A stretch of DNA of 64,000 nucleotides from Eledone cirrhosa (taxonomy: Eukaryota): the NCBI GenBank assembly GCA_964016885.1, contig OZ024743.1, forward strand, positions 234,174,001 to 234,238,000, given 5' to 3'. Of this stretch, positions 38,201-51,845 are shown in pieces; position 1 is the stretch's first letter; each line of letters starts with the position of its first letter. The notes below the pieces were generated by a model. The model saw only the letters and a program-made list of their open reading frames with translations. It did not search any database and was not told where the DNA came from. Both the position numbers and the translations under genes were made by a program.

Positions 38201-41200
38201 TATGTGTGGCGTGAATTTCAGCAAGATATCTCCGTAAAATCAATAGTTGTGGCTGTGGAACCAAACCGTGTTAAACGTCAGCAAAGTCCGCCGGCGAATG
38301 GTGTGCTTCGAAGAAAACGAATCCAAAAATGACGATTTGCCGGCGGAGTTACCTTTTCAATCGCGGGCCGGCCGCCCGTGGTCGGATCGATCTGTAATTA
38401 CTGGTAGATGTGCAGACACTCATTGGCTATGTGTGGCGTGAATTTCAGCAAGATATCTCCGTAAAATCAATAGTTGTGGCTGTGAGCCAAACCGTGTTAA
38501 ACGTCAGCAAAGTCCGCCGGCGAATGGTGTGCTTCGAAGAAAACGAATCCAAAAATGACGATTTGCCGGCGGAGTTACCTTTTCAATCGCGGGCCGGCCG
38601 CCCGTGGTCGGATCGATCTGTAATTACTGGTACATGTGCAGACACTCATTGGCTATGGGTGGCGTGAATTTCAGCAAGATATCTCCGTAAAATCAATAGT
38701 TGTGGCTGTGGAACCAAACCGTGTTAAACGTCAACAAAGTCCGCCGGCGAATGGTGTGCTTCGAAGAAAACGAATCCAAAAATGACGATTTGCCGGCGGA
38801 GTTACCTTTTCAATCGCGGGCCGGCCGCCCGTGGTCGGATCGATCTGTAATTACTGGTACATGTGCAGACACTCATTGGCTATGTGTGGCGTGAATTTCA
38901 GCAAGATATCTCCGTAAAATCAATAGTTGTGGCTGTGGAACCAAACCGTGTTAAACGTCAGCAAAGTCCGCCGGCAAATGGTGTGCTTCGAAGAAAACGA
39001 ATCCAAAAATGACGATTTGCCGGCGGAGTTACCTTTTCAATCGCGGGCCGGCCGCCCGTGGTCGGATCGATCTGTAATTACTGGTACATGTGCAGACACT
39101 CATTGGCTATGTGTGGCGTGAATTTCAGCAAGATATCTCCGTAAAATCAATAGTTGTGGCTGTGGAACCAAACCGTGTTAAACGTCAGCAAAGTCCGCCG
39201 GCGAATGGTGTGCTTCGAAGAAAACGAATCCAAAAATGACGATTTGCCGGCGGAGTTACCTTTTCAATCGCGGGCCGGCCGCCCGTGGTCGGATCGATCT
39301 GTAATTACTGGTACATGTGCAGACACTCATTGGCTATGGGTGGCGTGAATTTCAGCAAGATATCTCCGTAAAATCAATAGTTGTGGCTGTGGAACCAAAC
39401 CGTGTTAAACGTCAGCAAAGTCCGCCGGCAAATGGTGTGCTTCGAAGAAAACGAATCCAAAAATGACGATTTGCCGGCGGAGTTACCTTTTCAATCGCGG
39501 GCCGGCCGCCCGTGGTCGGATCGATCTGTAATTACTGGTACATGTGCAGACACTCATTGGCTATGTGTGGCGTGAATTTCAGCAAGATATCTCCGTAAAA
39601 TCAATAGTTGTGGCTGTGGAACCAAACCGTGTTAAACGTCAGCAAAGTCCGCCGGCGAATGGTGTGCTTCGAAGAAAACGAATCCAAAAATGACGATTTG
39701 CCGGCGGAGTTACCTTTTCAATCGCGGCCCGGCCGCCCGTGGTCGGATCGATCTGTAATTACTGGTACATGTGCAGACACTCATTGGCTATGTGTGGCGT
39801 GAATTTCAGCAAGATATCTCCGTAAAATCAATAGTTGTGGCTGTGGAACCAAACCGTGTTAAACGTCAGCAAAGTCCGCCGGCGAATGGTGTGCTTCGAA
39901 GAAAACGAATCCAAAAATGACGATTTGCCGGCGGAGTTACCTTTTCAATCGCGGGCCGGCCGCCCGTGGTCGGATCGATCTGTAATTACTGGTAGATGTG
40001 CAGACACTCATTGGCTATGTGTGGCGTGAATTTCAGCAAGATATCTCCGTAAAATCAATAGTTGTGGCTGTGAGCCAAACCGTGTTAAACGTCAGCAAAG
40101 TCCGCCGGCGAATGGTGTGCTTCGAAGAAAACGAATCCAAAAATGACGATTTGCCGGCGGAGTTACCTTTTCAATCGCGGGCCGGCCGCCCGTGGTCGGA
40201 TCGATCTGTAATTACTGGTAGATGTGCAGACACTCATTGGCTATGGGTGGCGTGAATTTCAGCAAGATATCTCCGTAAAATCAATAGTTGTGGCTGTGGA
40301 ACCAAACCGTGTTAAACGTCAACAAAGTCCGCCGGCGAATGGTGTGCTTCGAAGAAAACGAATCCAAAAATGACGATTTGCCGGCGGAGTTACCTTTTCA
40401 ATCGCGGGCCGGCCGCCCGTGGTCGGATCGATCTGTAATTACTGGTACATGTGCAGACACTCATTGGCTATATGTGGCGTGAATTTCAGCAAGATATCTC
40501 CGTAAAATCAATAGTTGTGGTTGTGGAACCAAACCGTGTTAAACGTCAGCAAAGTCCGCCGGCGAATGGTGTGCTTCGAAGAAAACGAATCCAAAAATGA
40601 CGATTTGCCGGCGGAGTTACCTTTTCAATCGCGGGCCGGCCGCCCGTGGTCGGATCGATCTGTAATTACTGGTACATGTGCAGACACTCATTGGCTATGT
40701 GTGGCGTGAATTTCAGCAAGATATCTCCGTAAAATCAATAGTTGTGGCTGTGGAACCAAACCGTGTTAAACGTCAGCAAAGTCCGCCGGCAAATGGTGTG
40801 CTTCGAAGAAAACGAATCCAAAAATGACGATTTGCCGGCGGAGTTACCTTTTCAATCGCGGGCCGGCCGCCCGTGGTCGGATCGATCTGTAATTACTGGT
40901 ACATGTGCAGACACTCATTGGCTATGTGTGGCGTGAATTTCAGCAAGATATCTCCGTAAAATCAATAGTTGTGGCTGTGGAACCAAACCGTGTTAAACGT
41001 CAGCAAAGTCCGCCGGCGAATGGTGTGCTTCGAAGAAAACGAATCCAAAAATGACGATTTGCCGGCGGAGTTACCTTTTCAATCGCGGGCCGGCCGCCCG
41101 TGGTCGGATCGATCTGTAATTACTGGTACATGTGCAGACACTCATTGGCTATGGGTGGCGTGAATTTCAGCAAGATATCTCCGTAAAATCAATAGTTGTG

Positions 41201-42086
41201 GCTGTGGAACCAAACCGTGTTAAACGTCAGCAAAGTCCGCCGGCAAATGGTGTGCTTCGAAGAAAACGAATCCAAAAATGACGATTTGCCGGCGGAGTTA
41301 CCTTTTCAATCGCGGGCCGGCCGCCCGTGGTCGGATCGATCTGTAATTACTGGTACATGTGCAGACACTCATTGGCTATGTGTGGCGTGAATTTCAGCAA
41401 GATATCTCCGTAAAATCAATAGTTGTGGCTGTGGAACCAAACCGTGTTAAACGTCAGCAAAGTCCGCCGGCGAATGGTGTGCTTCGAAGAAAACGAATCC
41501 AAAAATGACGATTTGCCGGCGGAGTTACCTTTTCAATCGCGGCCCGGCCGCCCGTGGTCGGATCGATCTGTAATTACTGGTACATGTGCAGACACTCATT
41601 GGCTATGTGTGGCGTGAATTTCAGCAAGATATCTCCGTAAAATCAATAGTTGTGGCTGTGGAACCAAACCGTGTTAAACGTCAGCAAAGTCCGCCGGCGA
41701 ATGGTGTGCTTCGAAGAAAACGAATCCAAAAATGACGATTTGCCGGCGGAGTTACCTTTTCAATCGCGGGCCGGCCGCCCGTGGTCGGATCGATCTGTAA
41801 TTACTGGTAGATGTGCAGACACTCATTGGCTATGTGTGGCGTGAATTTCAGCAAGATATCTCCGTAAAATCAATAGTTGTGGCTGTGAGCCAAACCGTGT
41901 TAAACGTCAGCAAAGTCCGCCGGCGAATGGTGTGCTTCGAAGAAAACGAATCCAAAAATGACGATTTGCCGGCGGAGTTACCTTTTCAATCGCGGGCCGG
42001 CCGCCCGTGGTCGGATCGATCTGTAATTACTGGTAGATGTGCAGACACTCATTGGCTATGGGTGGCGTGAATTTCAGCAAGATATC
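35281..42086 (+). repeat. Tandem duplication of a 15-monomer block (3403 bp)
   Basis: The private variant CTATATGT occurs at 37069 and 40472 (offset 3403 = 15x227-2), and the order of the surrounding variant monomers matches. Confidence 0.88.
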
Positions 42087-42540
42087 TCCGTAAAATCAAT
42101 AGTTGTGGCTGTGGAACCAAACCGTGTTAAACGTCAACAAAGTCCGCCGGCGAATGGTGTGCTTCGAAGAAAACGAATCCAAAAATGACGATTTGCCGGC
42201 GGAGTTACCTTTTCAATCGCGGGCCGGCCGCCCGTGGTCGGATCGATCTGTAATTACTGGTACATGTGCAGACACTCATTGGCTATGTGTGGCGTGAATT
42301 TCAGCAAGATATCTCCGTAAAATCAATAGTTGTGGTTGTGGAACCAAACCGTGTTAAACGTCAGCAAAGTCCGCCGGCGAATGGTGTGCTTCGAAGAAAA
42401 CGAATCCAAAAATGACGATTTGCCGGCGGAGTTACCTTTTCAATCGCGGGCCGGCCGCCCGTGGTCGGATCGATCTGTAATTACTGGTACATGTGCAGAC
42501 ACTCATTGGCTATGGGTGGCGTGAATTTCAGCAAGATATC

Positions 42541-45500
42541 TCCGTAAAATCAATAGTTGTGGCTGTGGAACCAAACCGTGTTAAACGTCAACAAAGTCCG
42601 CCGGCGAATGGTGTGCTTCGAAGAAAACGAATCCAAAAATGACGATTTGCCGGCGGAGTTACCTTTTCAATCGCGGGCCGGCCGCCCGTGGTCGGATCGA
42701 TCTGTAATTACTGGTACATGTGCAGACACTCATTGGCTATGTGTGGCGTGAATTTCAGCAAGATATCTCCGTAAAATCAATAGTTGTGGCTGTGGAACCA
42801 AACCGTGTTAAACGTCAGCAAAGTCCGCCGGCAAATGGTGTGCTTCGAAGAAAACGAATCCAAAAATGACGATTTGCCGGCGGAGTTACCTTTTCAATCG
42901 CGGGCCGGCCGCCCGTGGTCGGATCGATCTGTAATTACTGGTACATGTGCAGACACTCATTGGCTATGTGTGGCGTGAATTTCAGCAAGATATCTCCGTA
43001 AAATCAATAGTTGTGGCTGTGGAACCAAACCGTGTTAAACGTCAGCAAAGTCCGCCGGCGAATGGTGTGCTTCGAAGAAAACGAATCCAAAAATGACGAT
43101 TTGCCGGCGGAGTTACCTTTTCAATCGCGGGCCGGCCGCCCGTGGTCGGATCGATCTGTAATTACTGGTACATGTGCAGACACTCATTGGCTATGGGTGG
43201 CGTGAATTTCAGCAAGATATCTCCGTAAAATCAATAGTTGTGGCTGTGGAACCAAACCGTGTTAAACGTCAGCAAAGTCCGCCGGCAAATGGTGTGCTTC
43301 GAAGAAAACGAATCCAAAAATGACGATTTGCCGGCGGAGTTACCTTTTCAATCGCGGGCCGGCCGCCCGTGGTCGGATCGATCTGTAATTACTGGTACAT
43401 GTGCAGACACTCATTGGCTATGTGTGGCGTGAATTTCAGCAAGATATCTCCGTAAAATCAATAGTTGTGGCTGTGGAACCAAACCGTGTTAAACGTCAGC
43501 AAAGTCCGCCGGCGAATGGTGTGCTTCGAAGAAAACGAATCCAAAAATGACGATTTGCCGGCGGAGTTACCTTTTCAATCGCGGCCCGGCCGCCCGTGGT
43601 CGGATCGATCTGTAATTACTGGTACATGTGCAGACACTCATTGGCTATGTGTGGCGTGAATTTCAGCAAGATATCTCCGTAAAATCAATAGTTGTGGCTG
43701 TGGAACCAAACCGTGTTAAACGTCAGCAAAGTCCGCCGGCGAATGGTGTGCTTCGAAGAAAACGAATCCAAAAATGACGATTTGCCGGCGGAGTTACCTT
43801 TTCAATCGCGGGCCGGCCGCCCGTGGTCGGATCGATCTGTAATTACTGGTAGATGTGCAGACACTCATTGGCTATGTGTGGCGTGAATTTCAGCAAGATA
43901 TCTCCGTAAAATCAATAGTTGTGGCTGTGAGCCAAACCGTGTTAAACGTCAGCAAAGTCCGCCGGCGAATGGTGTGCTTCGAAGAAAACGAATCCAAAAA
44001 TGACGATTTGCCGGCGGAGTTACCTTTTCAATCGCGGGCCGGCCGCCCGTGGTCGGATCGATCTGTAATTACTGGTAGATGTGCAGACACTCATTGGCTA
44101 TGGGTGGCGTGAATTTCAGCAAGATATCTCCGTAAAATCAATAGTTGTGGCTGTGGAACCAAACCGTGTTAAACGTCAACAAAGTCCGCCGGCGAATGGT
44201 GTGCTTCGAAGAAAACGAATCCAAAAATGACGATTTGCCGGCGGAGTTACCTTTTCAATCGCGGGCCGGCCGCCCGTGGTCGGATCGATCTGTAATTACT
44301 GGTACATGTGCAGACACTCATTGGCTATGTGTGGCGTGAATTTCAGCAAGATATCTCCGTAAAATCAATAGTTGTGGTTGTGGAACCAAACCGTGTTAAA
44401 CGTCAGCAAAGTCCGCCGGCGAATGGTGTGCTTCGAAGAAAACGAATCCAAAAATGACGATTTGCCGGCGGAGTTACCTTTTCAATCGCGGGCCGGCCGC
44501 CCGTGGTCGGATCGATCTGTAATTACTGGTACATGTGCAGACACTCATTGGCTATGGGTGGCGTGAATTTCAGCAAGATATCTCCGTAAAATCAATAGTT
44601 GTGGCTGTGGAACCAAACCGTGTTAAACGTCAACAAAGTCCGCCGGCGAATGGTGTGCTTCGAAGAAAACGAATCCAAAAATGACGATTTGCCGGCGGAG
44701 TTACCTTTTCAATCGCGGGCCGGCCGCCCGTGGTCGGATCGATCTGTAATTACTGGTACATGTGCAGACACTCATTGGCTATGTGTGGCGTGAATTTCAG
44801 CAAGATATCTCCGTAAAATCAATAGTTGTGGCTGTGGAACCAAACCGTGTTAAACGTCAGCAAAGTCCGCCGGCAAATGGTGTGCTTCGAAGAAAACGAA
44901 TCCAAAAATGACGATTTGCCGGCGGAGTTACCTTTTCAATCGCGGGCCGGCCGCCCGTGGTCGGATCGATCTGTAATTACTGGTACATGTGCAGACACTC
45001 ATTGGCTATGTGTGGCGTGAATTTCAGCAAGATATCTCCGTAAAATCAATAGTTGTGGCTGTGGAACCAAACCGTGTTAAACGTCAGCAAAGTCCGCCGG
45101 CGAATGGTGTGCTTCGAAGAAAACGAATCCAAAAATGACGATTTGCCGGCGGAGTTACCTTTTCAATCGCGGGCCGGCCGCCCGTGGTCGGATCGATCTG
45201 TAATTACTGGTACATGTGCAGACACTCATTGGCTATGGGTGGCGTGAATTTCAGCAAGATATCTCCGTAAAATCAATTGTTGTGGCTGTGGAACCAAACC
45301 GTGTTAAACGTCAACAAAGTCCGCCGGCGAATGGTGTGCTTCGAAGAAAACGAATCCAAAAATGACGATTTGCCGGCGGAGTTACCTTTTCAATCGCGGG
45401 CCGGCCGCCCGTGGTCGGATCGATCTGTAATTACTGGTACATGTGCAGACACTCATTGGCTATGTGTGGCGTGAATTTCAGCAAGATATCTCCGTAAAAT

Positions 45501-48500
45501 CAATAGTTGTGGCTGTGGAACCAAACCGTGTTAAACGTCAGCAAAGTCCGCCGGCGAATGGTGTGCTTCGAAGAAAACGAATCCAAAAATGACGATTTGC
45601 CGGCGGAGTTACCTTTTCAATCGCGGCCCGGCCGCCCGTGGTCGGATCGATCTGTAATTACTGGTACATGTGCAGACACTCATTGGCTATGTGTGGCGTG
45701 AATTTCAGCAAGATATCTCCGTAAAATCAATAGTTGTGGCTGTGGAACCAAACCGTGTTAAACGTCAGCAAAGTCCGCCGGCGAATGGTGTGCTTCGAAG
45801 AAAACGAATCCAAAAATGACGATTTGCCGGCGGAGTTACCTTTTCAATCGCGGGCCGGCCGCCCGTGGTCGGATCGATCTGTAATTACTGGTACATGTGC
45901 AGACACTCATTGGCTATGGGTGGCGTGAATTTCAGCAAGATATCTCCGTAAAATCAATAGTTGTGGCTGTGGAACCAAACCGTGTTAAACGTCAACAAAG
46001 TCCGCCGGCGAATGGTGTGCTTCGAAGAAAACGAATCCAAAAATGACGATTTGCCGGCGGAGTTACCTTTTCAATCGCGGGCCGGCCGCCCGTGGTCGGG
46101 TCGATCTGTAATTACTGGTACATGTGCAGACACTCATTGGCTATGTGTGGCGTGAATTTCAGCAAGATATCTCCGTAAAATCAATAGTTGTGGCTGTGGA
46201 ACCAAACCGTGTTAAACGTCAACAAAGTCCGCCGGCGAATGGTGTGCTTCGAAGAAAACGAATCCAAAAATGACGATTTGCCGGCGGAGTTACCTTTTCA
46301 ATCGCGGGCCGGCCGCCCGTGGTCGGATCGATCTGTAATTACTGGTACCTGTGCAGACACTCATTGGCTATGGGTGGCGTGAATTTCAGCAAGATATCTC
46401 CGTAAAATCAATAGTTGTGGCTGTGGAACCAAACCGTGTTAAACGTCAACAAAGTCCGCCGGCGAATGGTGTGCTTCGAAGAAAACGAATCCAAAAATGA
46501 CGATTTGCCGGCGGAGTTACCTTTTCAATCGCGGGCCGGCCGCCCGTGGTCGGATCGATCTGTAATTACTGGTACATGTGCAGACACTCATTGGCTATGT
46601 GTGGCGTGAATTTCAGCAAGATATCTCCGTAAAATCAATAGTTGTGGCTGTGGAACCAAACCGTGTTAAACGTCAGCAAAGTCCGCCGGCAAATGGTGTG
46701 CTTCGAAGAAAACGAATCCAAAAATGACGATTTGCCGGCGGAGTTACCTTTTCAATCGCGGGCCGGCCGCCCGTGGTCGGATCGATCTGTAATTACTGGT
46801 ACATGTGCAGACACTCATTGGCTATGGGTGGCGTGAATTTCAGCAAGATATCTCCGTAAAATCAATAGTTGTGGCTGTGGAACCAAACCGTGTTAAACGT
46901 CAACAAAGTCCGCCGGCGAATGGTGTGCTTCGAAGAAAACGAATCCAAAAATGACGATTTGCCGGCGGAGTTACCTTTTCAATCGCGGGCCGGCCGCCCG
47001 TGGTCGGATCGATCTGTAATTACTGGTACATGTGCAGACACTCATTGGCTATGTGTGGCGTGAATTTCAGCAAGATATCTCCGTAAAATCAATAGTTGTG
47101 GCTGTGGAACCAAACCGTGTTAAACGTCAACAAAGTCCGCCGGCGAATGGTGTGCTTCGAAGAAAACGAATCCAAAAATGACGATTTGCCGGCGGAGTTA
47201 CCTTTTCAATCGCGGGCCGGCCGCCCGTGGTCGGATCGATCTGTAATTACTGGTACATGTGCAGACACTCATTGGCTATGTGTGGCGTGAATTTCAGCAA
47301 GATATCTCCGTAAAATCAATAGTTGTGGCTGTGGAACCAAACCGTGTTAAACGTCAGCAAAGTCCGCCGGCAAATGGTGTGCTTCGAAGAAAACGAATCC
47401 AAAAATGACGATTTGCCGGCGGAGTTACCTTTTCAATCGCGGGCCGGCCGCCCGTGGTCGGATCGATCTGTAATTACTGGTACATGTGCAGACACTCATT
47501 GGCTATGTGTGGCGTGAATTTCAGCAAGATATCTCCGTAAAATCAATAGTTGTGGCTGTGGAACCAAACCGTGTTAAACGTCAGCAAAGTCCGCCGGCGA
47601 ATGGTGTGCTTCGAAGAAAACGAATCCAAAAATGACGATTTGCCGGCGGAGTTACCTTTTCAATCGCGGGCCGGCCGCCCGTGGTCGGATCGATCTGTAA
47701 TTACTGGTACATGTGCAGACACTCATTGGCTATGGGTGGCGTGAATTTCAGCAAGATATCTCCGTAAAATCAATAGTTGTGGCTGTGGAACCAAACCGTG
47801 TTAAACGTCAGCAAAGTCCGCCGGCAAATGGTGTGCTTCGAAGAAAACGAATCCAAAAATGACGATTTGCCGGCGGAGTTACCTTTTCAATCGCGGGCCG
47901 GCCGCCCGTGGTCGGATCGATCTGTAATTACTGGTACATGTGCAGACACTCATTGGCTATGTGTGGCGTGAATTTCAGCAAGATATCTCCGTAAAATCAA
48001 TAGTTGTGGCTGTGGAACCAAACCGTGTTAAACGTCAGCAAAGTCCGCCGGCGAATGGTGTGCTTCGAAGAAAACGAATCCAAAAATGACGATTTGCCGG
48101 CGGAGTTACCTTTTCAATCGCGGCCCGGCCGCCCGTGGTCGGATCGATCTGTAATTACTGGTACATGTGCAGACACTCATTGGCTATGTGTGGCGTGAAT
48201 TTCAGCAAGATATCTCCGTAAAATCAATAGTTGTGGCTGTGGAACCAAACCGTGTTAAACGTCAGCAAAGTCCGCCGGCGAATGGTGTGCTTCGAAGAAA
48301 ACGAATCCAAAAATGACGATTTGCCGGCGGAGTTACCTTTTCAATCGCGGGCCGGCCGCCCGTGGTCGGATCGATCTGTAATTACTGGTAGATGTGCAGA
48401 CACTCATTGGCTATGTGTGGCGTGAATTTCAGCAAGATATCTCCGTAAAATCAATAGTTGTGGCTGTGAGCCAAACCGTGTTAAACGTCAGCAAAGTCCG

Positions 48501-51500
48501 CCGGCGAATGGTGTGCTTCGAAGAAAACGAATCCAAAAATGACGATTTGCCGGCGGAGTTACCTTTTCAATCGCGGGCCGGCCGCCCGTGGTCGGATCGA
48601 TCTGTAATTACTGGTAGATGTGCAGACACTCATTGGCTATGGGTGGCGTGAATTTCAGCAAGATATCTCCGTAAAATCAATAGTTGTGGCTGTGGAACCA
48701 AACCGTGTTAAACGTCAACAAAGTCCGCCGGCGAATGGTGTGCTTCGAAGAAAACGAATCCAAAAATGACGATTTGCCGGCGGAGTTACCTTTTCAATCG
48801 CGGGCCGGCCGCCCGTGGTCGGATCGATCTGTAATTACTGGTACATGTGCAGACACTCATTGGCTATGTGTGGCGTGAATTTCAGCAAGATATCTCCGTA
48901 AAATCAATAGTTGTGGTTGTGGAACCAAACCGTGTTAAACGTCAGCAAAGTCCGCCGGCGAATGGTGTGCTTCGAAGAAAACGAATCCAAAAATGACGAT
49001 TTGCCGGCGGAGTTACCTTTTCAATCGCGGGCCGGCCGCCCGTGGTCGGATCGATCTGTAATTACTGGTACATGTGCAGACACTCATTGGCTATGGGTGG
49101 CGTGAATTTCAGCAAGATATCTCCGTAAAATCAATAGTTGTGGCTGTGGAACCAAACCGTGTTAAACGTCAACAAAGTCCGCCGGCGAATGGTGTGCTTC
49201 GAAGAAAACGAATCCAAAAATGACGATTTGCCGGCGGAGTTACCTTTTCAATCGCGGGCCGGCCGCCCGTGGTCGGATCGATCTGTAATTACTGGTACAT
49301 GTGCAGACACTCATTGGCTATGTGTGGCGTGAATTTCAGCAAGATATCTCCGTAAAATCAATAGTTGTGGCTGTGGAACCAAACCGTGTTAAACGTCAGC
49401 AAAGTCCGCCGGCAAATGGTGTGCTTCGAAGAAAACGAATCCAAAAATGACGATTTGCCGGCGGAGTTACCTTTTCAATCGCGGGCCGGCCGCCCGTGGT
49501 CGGATCGATCTGTAATTACTGGTACATGTGCAGACACTCATTGGCTATGTGTGGCGTGAATTTCAGCAAGATATCTCCGTAAAATCAATAGTTGTGGCTG
49601 TGGAACCAAACCGTGTTAAACGTCAGCAAAGTCCGCCGGCGAATGGTGTGCTTCGAAGAAAACGAATCCAAAAATGACGATTTGCCGGCGGAGTTACCTT
49701 TTCAATCGCGGGCCGGCCGCCCGTGGTCGGATCGATCTGTAATTACTGGTACATGTGCAGACACTCATTGGCTATGGGTGGCGTGAATTTCAGCAAGATA
49801 TCTCCGTAAAATCAATTGTTGTGGCTGTGGAACCAAACCGTGTTAAACGTCAACAAAGTCCGCCGGCGAATGGTGTGCTTCGAAGAAAACGAATCCAAAA
49901 ATGACGATTTGCCGGCGGAGTTACCTTTTCAATCGCGGGCCGGCCGCCCGTGGTCGGATCGATCTGTAATTACTGGTACATGTGCAGACACTCATTGGCT
50001 ATGTGTGGCGTGAATTTCAGCAAGATATCTCCGTAAAATCAATAGTTGTGGCTGTGGAACCAAACCGTGTTAAACGTCAGCAAAGTCCGCCGGCGAATGG
50101 TGTGCTTCGAAGAAAACGAATCCAAAAATGACGATTTGCCGGCGGAGTTACCTTTTCAATCGCGGCCCGGCCGCCCGTGGTCGGATCGATCTGTAATTAC
50201 TGGTACATGTGCAGACACTCATTGGCTATGTGTGGCGTGAATTTCAGCAAGATATCTCCGTAAAATCAATAGTTGTGGCTGTGGAACCAAACCGTGTTAA
50301 ACGTCAGCAAAGTCCGCCGGCGAATGGTGTGCTTCGAAGAAAACGAATCCAAAAATGACGATTTGCCGGCGGAGTTACCTTTTCAATCGCGGGCCGGCCG
50401 CCCGTGGTCGGATCGATCTGTAATTACTGGTACATGTGCAGACACTCATTGGCTATGGGTGGCGTGAATTTCAGCAAGATATCTCCGTAAAATCAATAGT
50501 TGTGGCTGTGGAACCAAACCGTGTTAAACGTCAACAAAGTCCGCCGGCGAATGGTGTGCTTCGAAGAAAACGAATCCAAAAATGACGATTTGCCGGCGGA
50601 GTTACCTTTTCAATCGCGGGCCGGCCGCCCGTGGTCGGGTCGATCTGTAATTACTGGTACATGTGCAGACACTCATTGGCTATGTGTGGCGTGAATTTCA
50701 GCAAGATATCTCCGTAAAATCAATAGTTGTGGCTGTGGAACCAAACCGTGTTAAACGTCAACAAAGTCCGCCGGCGAATGGTGTGCTTCGAAGAAAACGA
50801 ATCCAAAAATGACGATTTGCCGGCGGAGTTACCTTTTCAATCGCGGGCCGGCCGCCCGTGGTCGGATCGATCTGTAATTACTGGTACCTGTGCAGACACT
50901 CATTGGCTATGGGTGGCGTGAATTTCAGCAAGATATCTCCGTAAAATCAATAGTTGTGGCTGTGGAACCAAACCGTGTTAAACGTCAACAAAGTCCGCCG
51001 GCGAATGGTGTGCTTCGAAGAAAACGAATCCAAAAATGACGATTTGCCGGCGGAGTTACCTTTTCAATCGCGGGCCGGCCGCCCGTGGTCGGATCGATCT
51101 GTAATTACTGGTACATGTGCAGACACTCATTGGCTATGTGTGGCGTGAATTTCAGCAAGATATCTCCGTAAAATCAATAGTTGTGGCTGTGGAACCAAAC
51201 CGTGTTAAACGTCAGCAAAGTCCGCCGGCAAATGGTGTGCTTCGAAGAAAACGAATCCAAAAATGACGATTTGCCGGCGGAGTTACCTTTTCAATCGCGG
51301 GCCGGCCGCCCGTGGTCGGATCGATCTGTAATTACTGGTACATGTGCAGACACTCATTGGCTATGGGTGGCGTGAATTTCAGCAAGATATCTCCGTAAAA
51401 TCAATAGTTGTGGCTGTGGAACCAAACCGTGTTAAACGTCAACAAAGTCCGCCGGCGAATGGTGTGCTTCGAAGAAAACGAATCCAAAAATGACGATTTG

Positions 51501-51618
51501 CCGGCGGAGTTACCTTTTCAATCGCGGGCCGGCCGCCCGTGGTCGGATCGATCTGTAATTACTGGTACATGTGCAGACACTCATTGGCTATGTGTGGCGT
51601 GAATTTCAGCAAGATATC
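42541..51618 (+). repeat. Tandem duplication of a 20-monomer block (4539 bp)
   Basis: The private variant TCGGGTCG occurs at 46100 and 50639 (offset 4539 = 20x227-1), and all 20 monomer types match in order. Confidence 0.9.
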
Positions 51619-51845
51619 TCCGTAAAATCAATAGTTGTGGCTGTGGAACCAAACCGTGTTAAACGTCAGCAAAGTCCGCCGGCAAATGGTGTGCTTCGAA
51701 GAAAACGAATCCAAAAATGACGATTTGCCGGCGGAGTTACCTTTTCAATCGCGGGCCGGCCGCCCGTGGTCGGATCGATCTGTAATTACTGGTACATGTG
51801 CAGACACTCATTGGCTATGTGTGGCGTGAATTTCAGCAAGATATC

